From positions 167 through 64,166 of the forward strand of contig CAXNCS010000007.1 in assembly GCA_964201005.1 (NCBI GenBank): a DNA stretch of 64,000 bases. Direction: 5' to 3'. This DNA is from Myxococcota bacterium (GTDB taxonomy: Bacteria; Myxococcota_A; UBA9042). Shown here in pieces: positions 46,437 through 56,208 of the stretch. A program made the position numbers and the translations under genes. Position 1 is the first letter of the stretch; each line of letters begins with the position of its first letter. A model generated the notes under the pieces. The model was not told where the DNA came from. It saw only the letters and a program-made list of their open reading frames with translations, and did not search any database.

Positions 46437-49001
46437 TTGACCTTTTCGCCGCTGCACCTGGTGCTTTTGCTGGCCGCGGCTCTTGCGGTGCCAGAGCTGT
46501 TGGTGCGCGGTCCGGACCAGCAGGTGGCGTTTCAGGCCATGCTGGTGCTGCAGCTGCTCGGGGTGATCGTTGCGGCCATCGGCGTGGCAGCGGCGTTTTC
46601 TACACTGGGCCTGGCCGCCGTGCAGTTTCTGAGCCGGCCGTGGCAGCGCCGCGCGGATACCTTTGTGGCCTGGTCGTTTTTGCGGGTGTCGCATACGGTC
46701 CTGCCGATGCCCTTGCGCCTTCAGCGCGGCTTGCAGACCCTGGTGCGCGCCGAGCCCGAACAGGCCGCCGATCCGCAGCTCGCTCGCCGGGCGATGCCCA
46801 AAAAGCTGTTGCAGGGCGCCGCTATGGTCGGGGTCGGCGCCGCAGTGGTGGCGTTTGCGGTGCCAGAAGGCGTGGAGCTGCGCTGGCTGGCATTGCGCAA
46901 TCTGGGCGCGGCCTTGGCGCTGGCCGGGCTTGTGCAGCTGCTGGCCGGTTTGCCGCGGCGCGGGCTGCGATCGGCGCTGGCCCAAGGCCTGGTGATCGCT
47001 GCGCTTGTCTCTGGGGCAGCGGCGGCGCGCCATCCGCAGATCCTGCCGTGGGTCGATCCTCTGCCGCTGGTGGCCGCGGCGCTTATGGGCTTGATGCTTG
47101 GGCTTTTTCGCCCCGGGTCGGCGGTGGGCATGGCCGGGCGGCTGGCGCGGCGCGGGCGCTGGACGGTGCTGCCGGCGCTGGTCCTGCTGGGCGCTTCTGT
47201 CGCGGCGCGGGTCGCGCTGGGCCCCCAACCATGGGTCGTCGCTGGTGTTTCTGCGCTGGCGGCCCTGGCCCTGGTGGCGCTCTACTTGCTGCTGCAGGGC
47301 CAAGCCAAGGTGACGGTGCCGGTGTTCGTGTCGATCGTCGGCGTGGCCGCGGGGACCTGGGCGCTGATCGTCGTCCTGAGCGTCATGGGCGGATTTGCGG
47401 CGGATTTGCGCGGCAAGATGCTGGTGGCCAACGCCCACGCCTTGGTCGAAGCGCCGGGGCGGGCGGCGCCTTTTGCCCACGCTGCGGCCCTTTCTGCGGC
47501 CTTGCGCCAACTGCCCGGTGTGGCCGCGGTGAGCCCGCAAGTGCGCGGCGATGCGATCCTGTCGTCGTCGTTTAACGTCAACAATTTTGTGGCTGTCCGC
47601 GGCATTGACCCGTCGCTGGCCGAAGTGCAGCGCGAGCTGGCCCCGACCATGCGCACCGGCGATCTCGCCTTGCTCAGCGATCCCGCGGCCATGGGCAGCG
47701 ATCGCGCCTTGCAGCGCCGCTCCGACGACGCGCCGACCGACGTGCCGCTGATGCCCGACATCACCCCGACCGCCGCCGAGCCCGCGGCCAAAGGCGCAGA
47801 GGACGCCGACGCCCTGCTCAAAGCCCTGGGCCAACTCCCGCCGGGGCCCAGCGAGCCCGCGGTGCCCGGATCGGTAAATTCGCAAAAACCTCATGCTACG
47901 GGCGAGGTTCTAGGGAGGTCCCCCCAGCCCAACCCCCGGGATTCTGCCGACGCGCCGGTGCTGCTGCTCCCCTCGGACGGCAAGGCCGTGGCGCCGTCGA
48001 GCGGTCGCGCCCCCCGCGTGTCGCCGCCTGCCGAGGCGCTTCCCCTGGGCGAGTCTGTCGATCTGGGCACCCACGACGCCGCCGCCGACGCCCGCCGCCA
48101 GCCTCGCGCCCCCGATGGGCCGGGCAAAGCGAGCAAGCCGGGCCTGTGGAGCCTGCTCGACGACCCGCCGACCGCCGCGCCCGAGTCCGCAGATGTGCCG
48201 GTGATCCCTGGGATTCTTCTGGGCGTTGAGCTTGCCCACACCCTGCAGGTGGAGCTGGGCGACAAGATCGAAGTGGTCACCCCGGACGGCGATGTCGGCC
48301 CCACCGGTCTGCGGCCGCGGGTGCGCAGTTTTCGCGTCGCCGGCACCTTTGAGACGGGGCTGTATGAAGCCGACTCAAAAGTGGCCTACGTGACCCTAGA
48401 AGAGGGTGCGCGCTACTTCAACCTCGCCGGCCAGGCCAATGTCTTGGAACTGCGCCTCACAGAACCGGAAACGCCTGATGCAGTGCTGGCCCAGGTGCGC
48501 TCCGCGTTGGCCCAAGGCGGCGCGGGAACGCTAGAAGTGGTCGATTGGCGCCAGCTCAACCGCTCGCTTTTCTCGGCGCTGGCCTTTGAGCGGTTGGTGA
48601 TCTTCTTGGTGTTGGGCCTGATCATCCTGGTCGCGGCCTTTGCCATCGTCTCCGCGCTGACCATGGTGATTCTGCAAAAGCACGACAGTATCGCGATGTT
48701 GCGGGCGATGGGCGCGGCGGCCAAAGAGGTGCGCTCGGCTTTTGTGCAGATGGGCGGGGTGATCGGCCTGATTGGCACCAGCGCCGGGGCGACCTTGGGC
48801 CTGGGCACCTGCTTGCTCATCCAGACCCTGGGCATCCAGTTGCCGGAAGCCTACTACGTCCGGACCTTGCCTGTGCGCCTGCAGGTGTCAGAAATCGCTA
48901 TTGTTATCGTGGCTTCGCTGGCGGTGTCGCTCATTGCGACGGTGATCCCCGCGCGCAGTGCCGGGCGGCTGGAGCCGCTGGAGGGCCTCAGGCATGGCTG
49001 A
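46437..49001 (+). CDS. lolE: Lipoprotein-releasing ABC transporter permease LolC/E with an extra N-terminal TM region and a Pro-rich insert
   Basis: SIVGVAAGTWALIVVLSVMGGF; FETGLYEADS; DWRQLNRSLFSAL; PARSAGRLEPLEGLR; directly precedes lolD and bamA. Confidence 0.88.
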   Translation: MTFSPLHLVLLLAAALAVPELLVRGPDQQVAFQAMLVLQLLGVIVAAIGVAAAFSTLGLAAVQFLSRPWQRRADTFVAWSFLRVSHTVLPMPLRLQRGLQTLVRAEPEQAADPQLARRAMPKKLLQGAAMVGVGAAVVAFAVPEGVELRWLALRNLGAALALAGLVQLLAGLPRRGLRSALAQGLVIAALVSGAAAARHPQILPWVDPLPLVAAALMGLMLGLFRPGSAVGMAGRLARRGRWTVLPALVLLGASVAARVALGPQPWVVAGVSALAALALVALYLLLQGQAKVTVPVFVSIVGVAAGTWALIVVLSVMGGFAADLRGKMLVANAHALVEAPGRAAPFAHAAALSAALRQLPGVAAVSPQVRGDAILSSSFNVNNFVAVRGIDPSLAEVQRELAPTMRTGDLALLSDPAAMGSDRALQRRSDDAPTDVPLMPDITPTAAEPAAKGAEDADALLKALGQLPPGPSEPAVPGSVNSQKPHATGEVLGRSPQPNPRDSADAPVLLLPSDGKAVAPSSGRAPRVSPPAEALPLGESVDLGTHDAAADARRQPRAPDGPGKASKPGLWSLLDDPPTAAPESADVPVIPGILLGVELAHTLQVELGDKIEVVTPDGDVGPTGLRPRVRSFRVAGTFETGLYEADSKVAYVTLEEGARYFNLAGQANVLELRLTEPETPDAVLAQVRSALAQGGAGTLEVVDWRQLNRSLFSALAFERLVIFLVLGLIILVAAFAIVSALTMVILQKHDSIAMLRAMGAAAKEVRSAFVQMGGVIGLIGTSAGATLGLGTCLLIQTLGIQLPEAYYVRTLPVRLQVSEIAIVIVASLAVSLIATVIPARSAGRLEPLEGLRHG

Positions 49002-49776
49002 GAGAATCCCGCTCATCGCCGCCCACGGCGTGCGCAAATGGTTCGACCTGGGGGCGCGGCGCATCGAGGTGTTGAGCGACGTCGACCTCGCGTTGTATCC
49101 TGGCGACATGGTGGGCATCGTCGGCCGGTCTGGCTCCGGCAAGTCGACGCTGCTGCACCTGCTGGGCACCCTGGACCGACCCAGCGCCGGCGAAATCCGC
49201 TACGAAGGCAAGCGCTTGGACCACCTGCCAGACGTCGAGCTGGCGGCCTTTCGCAATCGCTTTATCGGCTTTGTCTTTCAGTTCCACCACCTGCTGCCAG
49301 AGCTGAGCGCCTTTGAGAACGTGTTGATGCCCACCCTCATCGCCCGCGACAACACTTCCGCCGCGCGCGCCCGGGCTCTGGCGCTGTTGGAGCGCGTCGG
49401 TTTGGGCGATCGCCTGGACCACCACCCGGGCGAGCTGTCCGGCGGTGAGCAGCAGCGCGTGGCCTTGGCGCGGGCCCTGGTCATGCAACCCCGCGTCGTG
49501 CTTGCAGATGAGCCAACGGGCAATCTGGACGGCCGCACCGCAGAAGACATGCACTTGCTGATGGAACAGCTCAACGCTGAGACCGGCACCGCTTTTGTGG
49601 TCGTCAGTCACAATCAAGAGTTGGCCGGGCGGATGCGCCGGCTGGTCCGCATGCAAGACGGCGTAATTCATGACGATAGTGTGGCCACGGCCGCCGCGTC
49701 CCCCACTGATTCTGACGCCGGCGATGCCCCGGCCGCGGGTTCCGAGCTCGGCGCCCTCCCGGAGGCCCAGGCGTGA
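48994..49776 (+). CDS. lolD: Lipoprotein-releasing ABC transporter ATPase
   Basis: GRSGSGKST; GFVFQFHHLLPE; LSGGEQQRVA; ADEPTGNLD. Confidence 0.93.
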   Translation: MAERIPLIAAHGVRKWFDLGARRIEVLSDVDLALYPGDMVGIVGRSGSGKSTLLHLLGTLDRPSAGEIRYEGKRLDHLPDVELAAFRNRFIGFVFQFHHLLPELSAFENVLMPTLIARDNTSAARARALALLERVGLGDRLDHHPGELSGGEQQRVALARALVMQPRVVLADEPTGNLDGRTAEDMHLLMEQLNAETGTAFVVVSHNQELAGRMRRLVRMQDGVIHDDSVATAAASPTDSDAGDAPAAGSELGALPEAQA

Positions 49777-52247
49777 TGCCCAGCCGCAGCCGATTCCAGC
49801 GCTTTTGCAGCCGCTGGCTCATCCTCTTGGCCGCCCTTTGCTCGGCGGTGCCCAGCGCTTTTGCCCAAGAAGGCGGGCTGTTTGGCCGCGGGGCCCTCTC
49901 CGGCGGCGGTGAAGAAGACCGCAGCGAGCCGGCCAAGCCGCCCGAGGACACGGAGCCCGTTCCGGAGACCAGCACCGTCCTGCCCATCCGCATCGCCAAG
50001 ATCACCTTGGGCGGGCTCGAGCGCGTGGACGCACAGGCGGCCTTGGGGCAGATCCGCAGCAAGTCTGGGCAGTTGCTCGATCCGGCGCTGATTGCCGAAG
50101 ACACCCGCCGGCTGTTCCAGCTGGGGCTGTTTGACGATGTCCGCGTGGGCCTCAAGCGCCTCGAGGCCAAAGCCGCGGCCGACAAAGGCGATACGCCCGC
50201 CGAAATCGAAGTTGAATTGCGTTTTCAGTTGCTCGAGCGCCCGTCGATCGCCGCCATTGAGATCCGCGGCAACAGCGAGCAGAGCACTGAGTCGATCATG
50301 AAAGTGGTCGACCTGCGCATCAACAACCTGTACGCCCCGCAGGATGCGGCAGCCAATATTGGCAAGATCAAAGAGCTTTATCGCGATGAAGGCTTTTTTC
50401 TCGCCAGCATCGCCCACCATGTCGAGCCGCTGCCCAGCAACCAGGTCAAGGTGGTGTTTGACGTGGTCGAGCGCGCCGAAGTCAAGGTTCGCGAAGTGCA
50501 ATTGCTCGGCAATGCCGGCGTGCCGGACGAAGACATCAAAGCCGTCCTGCGCACCCAAGAGGGCTCGATCACTTCGCTGCTGGGCAAGGGCGGCAATTTC
50601 AAGCCTGAAAATCTGGACATGGACGTGCAGATCGTCCAGTACCTCTACCTGACCCGCGGCTACATTCAGGCCAAGGTCGACGACCCGATCGTCAGCCTCT
50701 CGCCCGACATGAAGTACATCACCGTGGCCATTCGCATCCACGAGGGCCCGCAGTTCAAGGTCGGCAAGGTCAGCATTGAAGGCGATTCGGTCGAGCCGGC
50801 CGACAAGCTGATGCCGCTGGTCGCCCTGAAATCCGGCGACATTTTCAACTACGCCCTGGTGCAACAGGACGGCGGCAAGCTCCGCGACGCCCAGAAGAAT
50901 GCCGGCTATGCCCATGCGACCGTTGAGAATTCTTCGCAGCCGGACATGGACAAGCGCACGGTCGACTGGGTCTACCGCGTGCAGAAGGGCAAGAAGTGCT
51001 ACTTTGGCCAGATCTCGATGGCCGGCGGTTCGTCCACACGCGACAAGGTCATTCGCCGCGAACTCGTGATGATTGAAGGCGATCTGTACAGCGAGGCCAA
51101 GCTGCAGCAGAGCCAGGCGCGCATCCAACGCCTGGGCTATTTTGAGAAGGTGGAGATCAAGACCCGCGGGACCGCCTTGCCGCAAGTGCTGGACGTGGTG
51201 GTCGAGGTCAAGGAGCGCACCACCGGCCAGTTCCAGGTCGGTATGGGCTTCTCTTCCTTGGACAATTTCATTGCCTCTATGCAGATTGCCAAGGACAACT
51301 TCCTGGGCCGCGGCCAGCGCATCAGCGTGCAGGGCCAGCTGTCGTCGATTCGCTCGGTGTTCCAGGCCAGCTTCTTTGAGCCGTATTTTTGGGACAGCAA
51401 GCTGACCTTTAGCCTGGACCTGTACCGCTTTGACCAGCTGTATGCCGACTTTTCGCGCACTTCAACCGGCGGCGGCTTCTCCTGGGGCTATCGCCTGAGC
51501 GACACGCTGATCTTTGACCTGGGCTATACCGGCGAGCAGGTCACCTCCAAGATCGGCGGCATCAACGGCCGCACAGAGGTGCCCACGGCCTCCTACCTGG
51601 GCGGCGGCATCACCTCATCCCTGCGAGGCTCGCTGTCCTACGACTCGCGCGACGACCGCATGTTCCCCACCAAGGGCTGGTTCGCCACCGGCACCGCGGA
51701 ATGGGCTGCCGATTTCCTGGGTTCGCAGAATCAGTTCACCCGCTTCTCTGCGCGGATCCGCCGCTTCTTCCCCCTGCCGCTGGACGGCGTGCTGCGCTTT
51801 AACTTGGTCGCCGGCACCATTCAGGCCCCAGAAGGCAGCGTCGTGCCGCTGTTTGAGCGCTATTTTATCGGCGGTATCTTCAATGTGCGCGGCTTTAATC
51901 GGAACACCCTGGGCCCGCAGATCGCCATCCCCAGCTCTGGCGACCCGGCGTCGACCCTCTCGCCCTTCACCATTGGCGGCACCAAGCAGATCTACCTGAA
52001 CAATGAGATCGAAGTGCCGATTATCAAAGCGCCCATGAATCTGCGCGGCCTGCTGTTCTTTGATATTGGCAACGCCTTTGGCGAGACCGAAAAGATCAGC
52101 CCCGCGGCGATGCGCATGTCGTTTGGCTGGGGCGTGCGCTGGTTCAGCCCGGTGGGCCCGCTGCGCTTTGAGTGGGGCGTGCCTATCAGCCCCAAGCCGG
52201 GCGAGCAGCCGCTGGTGTTTGAGTTTACCATCGGCAATTCGTTCTAA
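49773..52247 (+). CDS. bamA: Outer membrane protein assembly factor BamA
   Basis: Signal peptide; POTRA repeats; TRDKVIRREL; VRGF motif; WFSPVGPLRFEWG; C-terminal FTIGNSF. Confidence 0.96.
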   Translation: MMPSRSRFQRFCSRWLILLAALCSAVPSAFAQEGGLFGRGALSGGGEEDRSEPAKPPEDTEPVPETSTVLPIRIAKITLGGLERVDAQAALGQIRSKSGQLLDPALIAEDTRRLFQLGLFDDVRVGLKRLEAKAAADKGDTPAEIEVELRFQLLERPSIAAIEIRGNSEQSTESIMKVVDLRINNLYAPQDAAANIGKIKELYRDEGFFLASIAHHVEPLPSNQVKVVFDVVERAEVKVREVQLLGNAGVPDEDIKAVLRTQEGSITSLLGKGGNFKPENLDMDVQIVQYLYLTRGYIQAKVDDPIVSLSPDMKYITVAIRIHEGPQFKVGKVSIEGDSVEPADKLMPLVALKSGDIFNYALVQQDGGKLRDAQKNAGYAHATVENSSQPDMDKRTVDWVYRVQKGKKCYFGQISMAGGSSTRDKVIRRELVMIEGDLYSEAKLQQSQARIQRLGYFEKVEIKTRGTALPQVLDVVVEVKERTTGQFQVGMGFSSLDNFIASMQIAKDNFLGRGQRISVQGQLSSIRSVFQASFFEPYFWDSKLTFSLDLYRFDQLYADFSRTSTGGGFSWGYRLSDTLIFDLGYTGEQVTSKIGGINGRTEVPTASYLGGGITSSLRGSLSYDSRDDRMFPTKGWFATGTAEWAADFLGSQNQFTRFSARIRRFFPLPLDGVLRFNLVAGTIQAPEGSVVPLFERYFIGGIFNVRGFNRNTLGPQIAIPSSGDPASTLSPFTIGGTKQIYLNNEIEVPIIKAPMNLRGLLFFDIGNAFGETEKISPAAMRMSFGWGVRWFSPVGPLRFEWGVPISPKPGEQPLVFEFTIGNSF

Positions 52248-52640
52248 ATGTCGGTTATCGCTCCACAGTTTGCGCTGCCCTGGCTGCTTCAGCCCGGCGA
52301 TCCGCTGCCGCCTTTGGTGCTGCGCGGAGAGCGGTGGCAGCCCAGCCGGCTGCTCGACACGTGGACCCTGCTGGCCCTGGGGCCGCCGGACCAGGTGCAG
52401 GCGCTGCGCCAAAGCTGGGCTCCGGTCAAGCCGACCGCGCTTCTCGCCATCGCGAGCGGGGCAAATGCCTTGGGATCAGCCGATGATCGGGATGGTCTGA
52501 GCGCGCAACGCCTGGGTGCCTGGGATGGGCGGGACTGCCTGCCGGTGGCCGTGCTGGTCGAGCCGCGCGGCACGGTGGTGTTGGCCTGTGGCGGCGAGGA
52601 TCTGGCGGCAGCGGTGGCGGCGGCGATGGCCTTGCGCTAG
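52248..52640 (+). CDS. Degenerate redoxin/thioredoxin-fold protein lacking CxxC
   Basis: LQPGDPLP start; D..G..A..LG...P.AVLVEPRG.V pattern; abuts the bamA stop. Confidence 0.45.
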   Translation: MSVIAPQFALPWLLQPGDPLPPLVLRGERWQPSRLLDTWTLLALGPPDQVQALRQSWAPVKPTALLAIASGANALGSADDRDGLSAQRLGAWDGRDCLPVAVLVEPRGTVVLACGGEDLAAAVAAAMALR

Positions 52641-52679
52641 CGTACCGATCAAAAGCTCAAGTGTGCAAAAGAGAATTGT

Positions 52680-54464
52680 CTACGGCAGCCGCCACAGAAG
52701 CGCATGGCCCACGGGGATGGCCGGCGTCGCCGCGCCCCTTGGGGGATCCTTGCCCAGATCGGTCAGGATGTAGCGGCGCCGCGGCGCGCGATCGTCAAAG
52801 CTGATGGGCTGGCCCAAGGCGCGATTGGCAAAGATGTGCCAGTCGTAGTGCGACGAGCGGATGTGAAAGTCCAGGCGCACGGGCTCGTGCGGATCGATGC
52901 CCTGGGCGCGGGCATCTTCGGTGATCACCGCCATAGCCTTGCGGTGGACCCCGAGCCCGGCCTTGGCGTCCACGCGCTGCGATACTTCCCACGTCGCGCT
53001 GACCCCGCCGATGCAGAACAGCGCCACCAGCACGGCAAACACCGCCCGGCCTATGCGCCGCTGCGGCACAGCATCCGGCGTCTCGGCTGCCTTCGTCCCT
53101 TCCAGGCGGACCGCCAAGGCAGCCCAGGCCACCACGACAAACGGATAGAGATTGGTGACATAGTGGCCAAACACCTGCTTGGCGGCGGCGCCCATCAGCA
53201 GCATGTTCACCGCCAGGACCGCCAGAAACGCCGCGCCCCACGGACCCAGCGAGCGCCGAATCCACACCGCGCGCAGGGACGAAGCGATGGCCCAGACGGC
53301 CAGGGCGATGGACGACAGCAACAGCGTCAAGCGCACCAGGTGGAAGGGCCGCGGCGGGGTCCCCTGGAAGGCTGCGCGCAGGCATTTCCACTCGTCGGGG
53401 CCGCCCCAGTAGCTGGTCAGCTCGTGGTAGGTGACGTCGAGCGTCAAGAAGCGGAGCGCGTAAACGGGCACCCAGGCAAAGCCCCACGGGTGGCGCTCGC
53501 CGCCGCGCTGGCCCACGGTTTCAGCAAGGATGTTCTTGGTGTTGCCAAAACCCGTGTTCAGCTCGTGGGCGATGAGCGGCAGGTAGAGCAGCAGCACCAG
53601 CGCCAAGCCCAGGCCCAGCGCCTTGCGCGAAAAACCCTTGCGCGCCGGCCAGGCGATGGCGATAAGGCCGGCCCAGGCCACAGGGGCCGACATGTGGAAC
53701 TGCGCCATCAGCGCCGACACCGGCAAGAACACCGCCATCCACGCCGAAGCCGGGCGCTCGCGCAACCTCACCGCCGCCAGCAGGGCAATCGCGACCAAGA
53801 ACGGCAGCACGTTGGGATTCCAGGTGCGGTCGGCGTACAGCGCGCTCCACGGCGAACAGGCCACCAGCAGCGCAGTTGCAAAGGCCGCGCGCTCAGAAAA
53901 CGGCCGGCGCAGCGCGTGCCACAGGACGCCGACCGTGACGGCGCCCAGAATCTCGACAAACGCGTACTGCGCCTCAGGCGCCCGCCACACAAGCAGAGGC
54001 AGGGCCATGACATACAGAAACGCGGGCCCCGGCAAGCGCCCCTGGCCGTCGGTAATCTGGGTGCCCAGCAGCGGAAATTCCTTGCCCTCGACGATGTCCA
54101 TGGCGATGCCAAAGAACAGGGCCTCGTCGCCGCTGAACCGCGCGGTGTACAGCATCATCAGCCGCACCACCAGCGCGACCAGCACGACGATCGAGAGGGC
54201 TACCATTGGACGACGGACGATGCGATCGAGGATCGCCGCCGGAAAATTCGCCACGCGGCCTCCGAGGTGCGCCACCGGGGAAATGTCGATGGGTCTGGTC
54301 AATTGCTTTGGACTAGCAAGGACTTTGCGCCGACGCGATGGCGCGTTGAGAATGCCATCGGGGCCACCCCAGACGACCGCGGCGAGCCTACGCTGGGCGT
54401 CTAGCGCCGTCAAACAACCGCATTTGGCGGGGCGTCGGACCGGGCCGCCCATGGCCGCCCCCAA
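52680..54464 (-). CDS. ArnT/PMT-family (GT-C) glycosyltransferase; start uncertain
   Basis: FSGDEA after the first TM; LPGPAFLY; SPWSALYADRTWNPN; QFHMS; many TM helices. Confidence 0.8.
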   Translation of the reverse strand: MGAAMGGPVRRPAKCGCLTALDAQRRLAAVVWGGPDGILNAPSRRRKVLASPKQLTRPIDISPVAHLGGRVANFPAAILDRIVRRPMVALSIVVLVALVVRLMMLYTARFSGDEALFFGIAMDIVEGKEFPLLGTQITDGQGRLPGPAFLYVMALPLLVWRAPEAQYAFVEILGAVTVGVLWHALRRPFSERAAFATALLVACSPWSALYADRTWNPNVLPFLVAIALLAAVRLRERPASAWMAVFLPVSALMAQFHMSAPVAWAGLIAIAWPARKGFSRKALGLGLALVLLLYLPLIAHELNTGFGNTKNILAETVGQRGGERHPWGFAWVPVYALRFLTLDVTYHELTSYWGGPDEWKCLRAAFQGTPPRPFHLVRLTLLLSSIALAVWAIASSLRAVWIRRSLGPWGAAFLAVLAVNMLLMGAAAKQVFGHYVTNLYPFVVVAWAALAVRLEGTKAAETPDAVPQRRIGRAVFAVLVALFCIGGVSATWEVSQRVDAKAGLGVHRKAMAVITEDARAQGIDPHEPVRLDFHIRSSHYDWHIFANRALGQPISFDDRAPRRRYILTDLGKDPPRGAATPAIPVGHALLWRLP

Positions 54465-54471
54465 AGCTGCT

Positions 54472-56112
54472 CTACTTCAGCGGCGCCCAGACCTCCCAGT
54501 CGCCCGCTTTGCGCAAGAGGCGAAACCGGGCCGCGGCGCGCTCGCGTTGCACCGGGGTAGGGTTCCAGCGGCGCAGCAGCACCGCGCCAAAGTGCTTGCG
54601 AATATCGTCGTTTTCCGCCCAATCGGCGGAGTGGTCGGTGACGCGGGGCAGCTGCACGCCCGGCCGGTAGTGAACCGGCGAGCTGGCCAGAATGCCGATG
54701 GTGTCCGGGGTATGCCCCAGGTGATCGCTCATCGGGAACTTCTCGACGTGCCAAAAAGTGTGCCAAGTGTAGAATCGCGAGTCGCTGTCTAGCTTTACCA
54801 TGTGGACATGCACCCGCGGCGGCACGGCCTCCAGCACTTCGGCCAGCCCGGCGGCTTCCTCGCGCTCAAACCGCCAGAGCGTGGTGCCCCACACGGTCAG
54901 GAAGGCCGCGGTCCAGAGCCCAAGGCCAGCGGTCACCACCCAGCGCGCGGTGCGCGAGATCGTCGCGGGCAGCGGATCCAACAGCGCCGGCAGGAACCAC
55001 AGGGCCATCATCGGCTGGCGCGAGGCGATGTTGTCCGTGCCGCGCAGCCACTCGGGCAAGACAAAATACGCGGCGAACGTGATCAGCGCACACAGCTCCA
55101 GGGTCCGCTCGCGCGGGCGCCGCAGCCGGTTGGCCCCCACGGCAAACGCGGCGAGCAGCAGCAGCAGGCCCAGCAGGGCCAAGTCGTGGCCAGATTTCAG
55201 CGACTGCAGCGCATCCGGCAGGTCGCGGATCAGCTCCGTGGGGGTCTTGAACACGGCGCCAAGACCATGCCCGGGCCCGCTGAGGGGCACCTGCACGTCT
55301 GGCGGCCTGACAATGGTCCGCAAGTACCAGCGGCCAAACAGCCCTAGCGCCGGAGCCGCGGCCACAGCGGAGGTCAGGAGGATGAGCGGTCGCGATCCGT
55401 GGCGCGGGTCGATGGGCCGACGCAGCAAAGCGCGCAAGAGCAGGGCCAAGCACAGAGCCCCCAGCCAGAGAAACACGTGGGCGTGGGCCAGAAACACCAG
55501 CGGAAAGAGCAGGGCGCTGGGCCACACCCGCCGCAGGGAAGGGGCGTCCAGCAGCTTGGCATACGCGGCCACGGCCAGCACCAAGAACGGCTGGGCAAAC
55601 AGGAAATTGCCAAAGCCCGCGGCAAAGATGCCGTAGTGAACCAGCCCCGCCACCGCCACCGCCGGCCACAGCGATCGGCCGCGCGACCGCAGCATCCACG
55701 CCACCGCCCAGGGCATGAGCGCCACATAGCCGAGCATGCACAGCCGCACCGCCAGGGTCACACCGGTCAGTCGTCCCAGCCAGCCCGCCAGCGTGTACAG
55801 CAACGAGTTCGCCGCCAAGCGATCGATCGGCAAGTAGAGCGCGGTGTACATCGAACCGTCGCGGCCCCAATCGCTCGAGACCGCAGCGCCGGCCAAATGG
55901 TGGCCCAGATCCTGCATCGGCTGGATTTTCCAGCGCATCCAGAAATAGGAGGAGACCAGGCTAGCGGCGAACAGCGCCAGCACCGCCACCAGCCCAAGCG
56001 GCTCGGCCTGCGGATCGGGGTTGGGATCCATCCGCCGCAGCAGATCGGTCAGCCGTGACAAGGGTCTGAAAAGGCTCGATTTCTGTCTGGGCTGGAGGGG
56101 CTCTTCTGTCAT
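54472..56112 (-). CDS. Polytopic membrane protein, GT-C-like
   Basis: PMQDLGHHLA; GFGNFLFA; FLAHAHVF; many TM helices. Confidence 0.7.
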   Translation of the reverse strand: MTEEPLQPRQKSSLFRPLSRLTDLLRRMDPNPDPQAEPLGLVAVLALFAASLVSSYFWMRWKIQPMQDLGHHLAGAAVSSDWGRDGSMYTALYLPIDRLAANSLLYTLAGWLGRLTGVTLAVRLCMLGYVALMPWAVAWMLRSRGRSLWPAVAVAGLVHYGIFAAGFGNFLFAQPFLVLAVAAYAKLLDAPSLRRVWPSALLFPLVFLAHAHVFLWLGALCLALLLRALLRRPIDPRHGSRPLILLTSAVAAAPALGLFGRWYLRTIVRPPDVQVPLSGPGHGLGAVFKTPTELIRDLPDALQSLKSGHDLALLGLLLLLAAFAVGANRLRRPRERTLELCALITFAAYFVLPEWLRGTDNIASRQPMMALWFLPALLDPLPATISRTARWVVTAGLGLWTAAFLTVWGTTLWRFEREEAAGLAEVLEAVPPRVHVHMVKLDSDSRFYTWHTFWHVEKFPMSDHLGHTPDTIGILASSPVHYRPGVQLPRVTDHSADWAENDDIRKHFGAVLLRRWNPTPVQRERAAARFRLLRKAGDWEVWAPLK

Positions 56113-56208
56113 CGGCGTCCTTGCGAGCACGCCAGTATGATCGCGCCCCCACACCAACGGGTCAAGCTGGACGCCAAGTGCATCTGGCGCAGGCTTTTGC
56201 CTTTGGGT

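Larger units (their letters stand above)
24438..47924. repeat. Dispersed bipartite motif GGGGGACCTCCCTAGAA-N19-(A/T tract), ~14 copies
   Basis: Exact 17-mers at 26668(+), 30120(+), 35028(-), 35155(-), 40319(+), 47908(-). Variants at 24438(+), 24548(+), 31111(+), 31557(-), 32892(-), 39959(+), 40902(-), 42690(+). Confidence 0.9.

Noticed and set aside
33500-54792. Long antisense ORFs (33500-35245, 45786-47894, 49668-51185, 52704-54404)
   Set aside because: High-GC shadows opposite well-supported genes (mmsA, lysS/lolE, bamA, ArnT-like).
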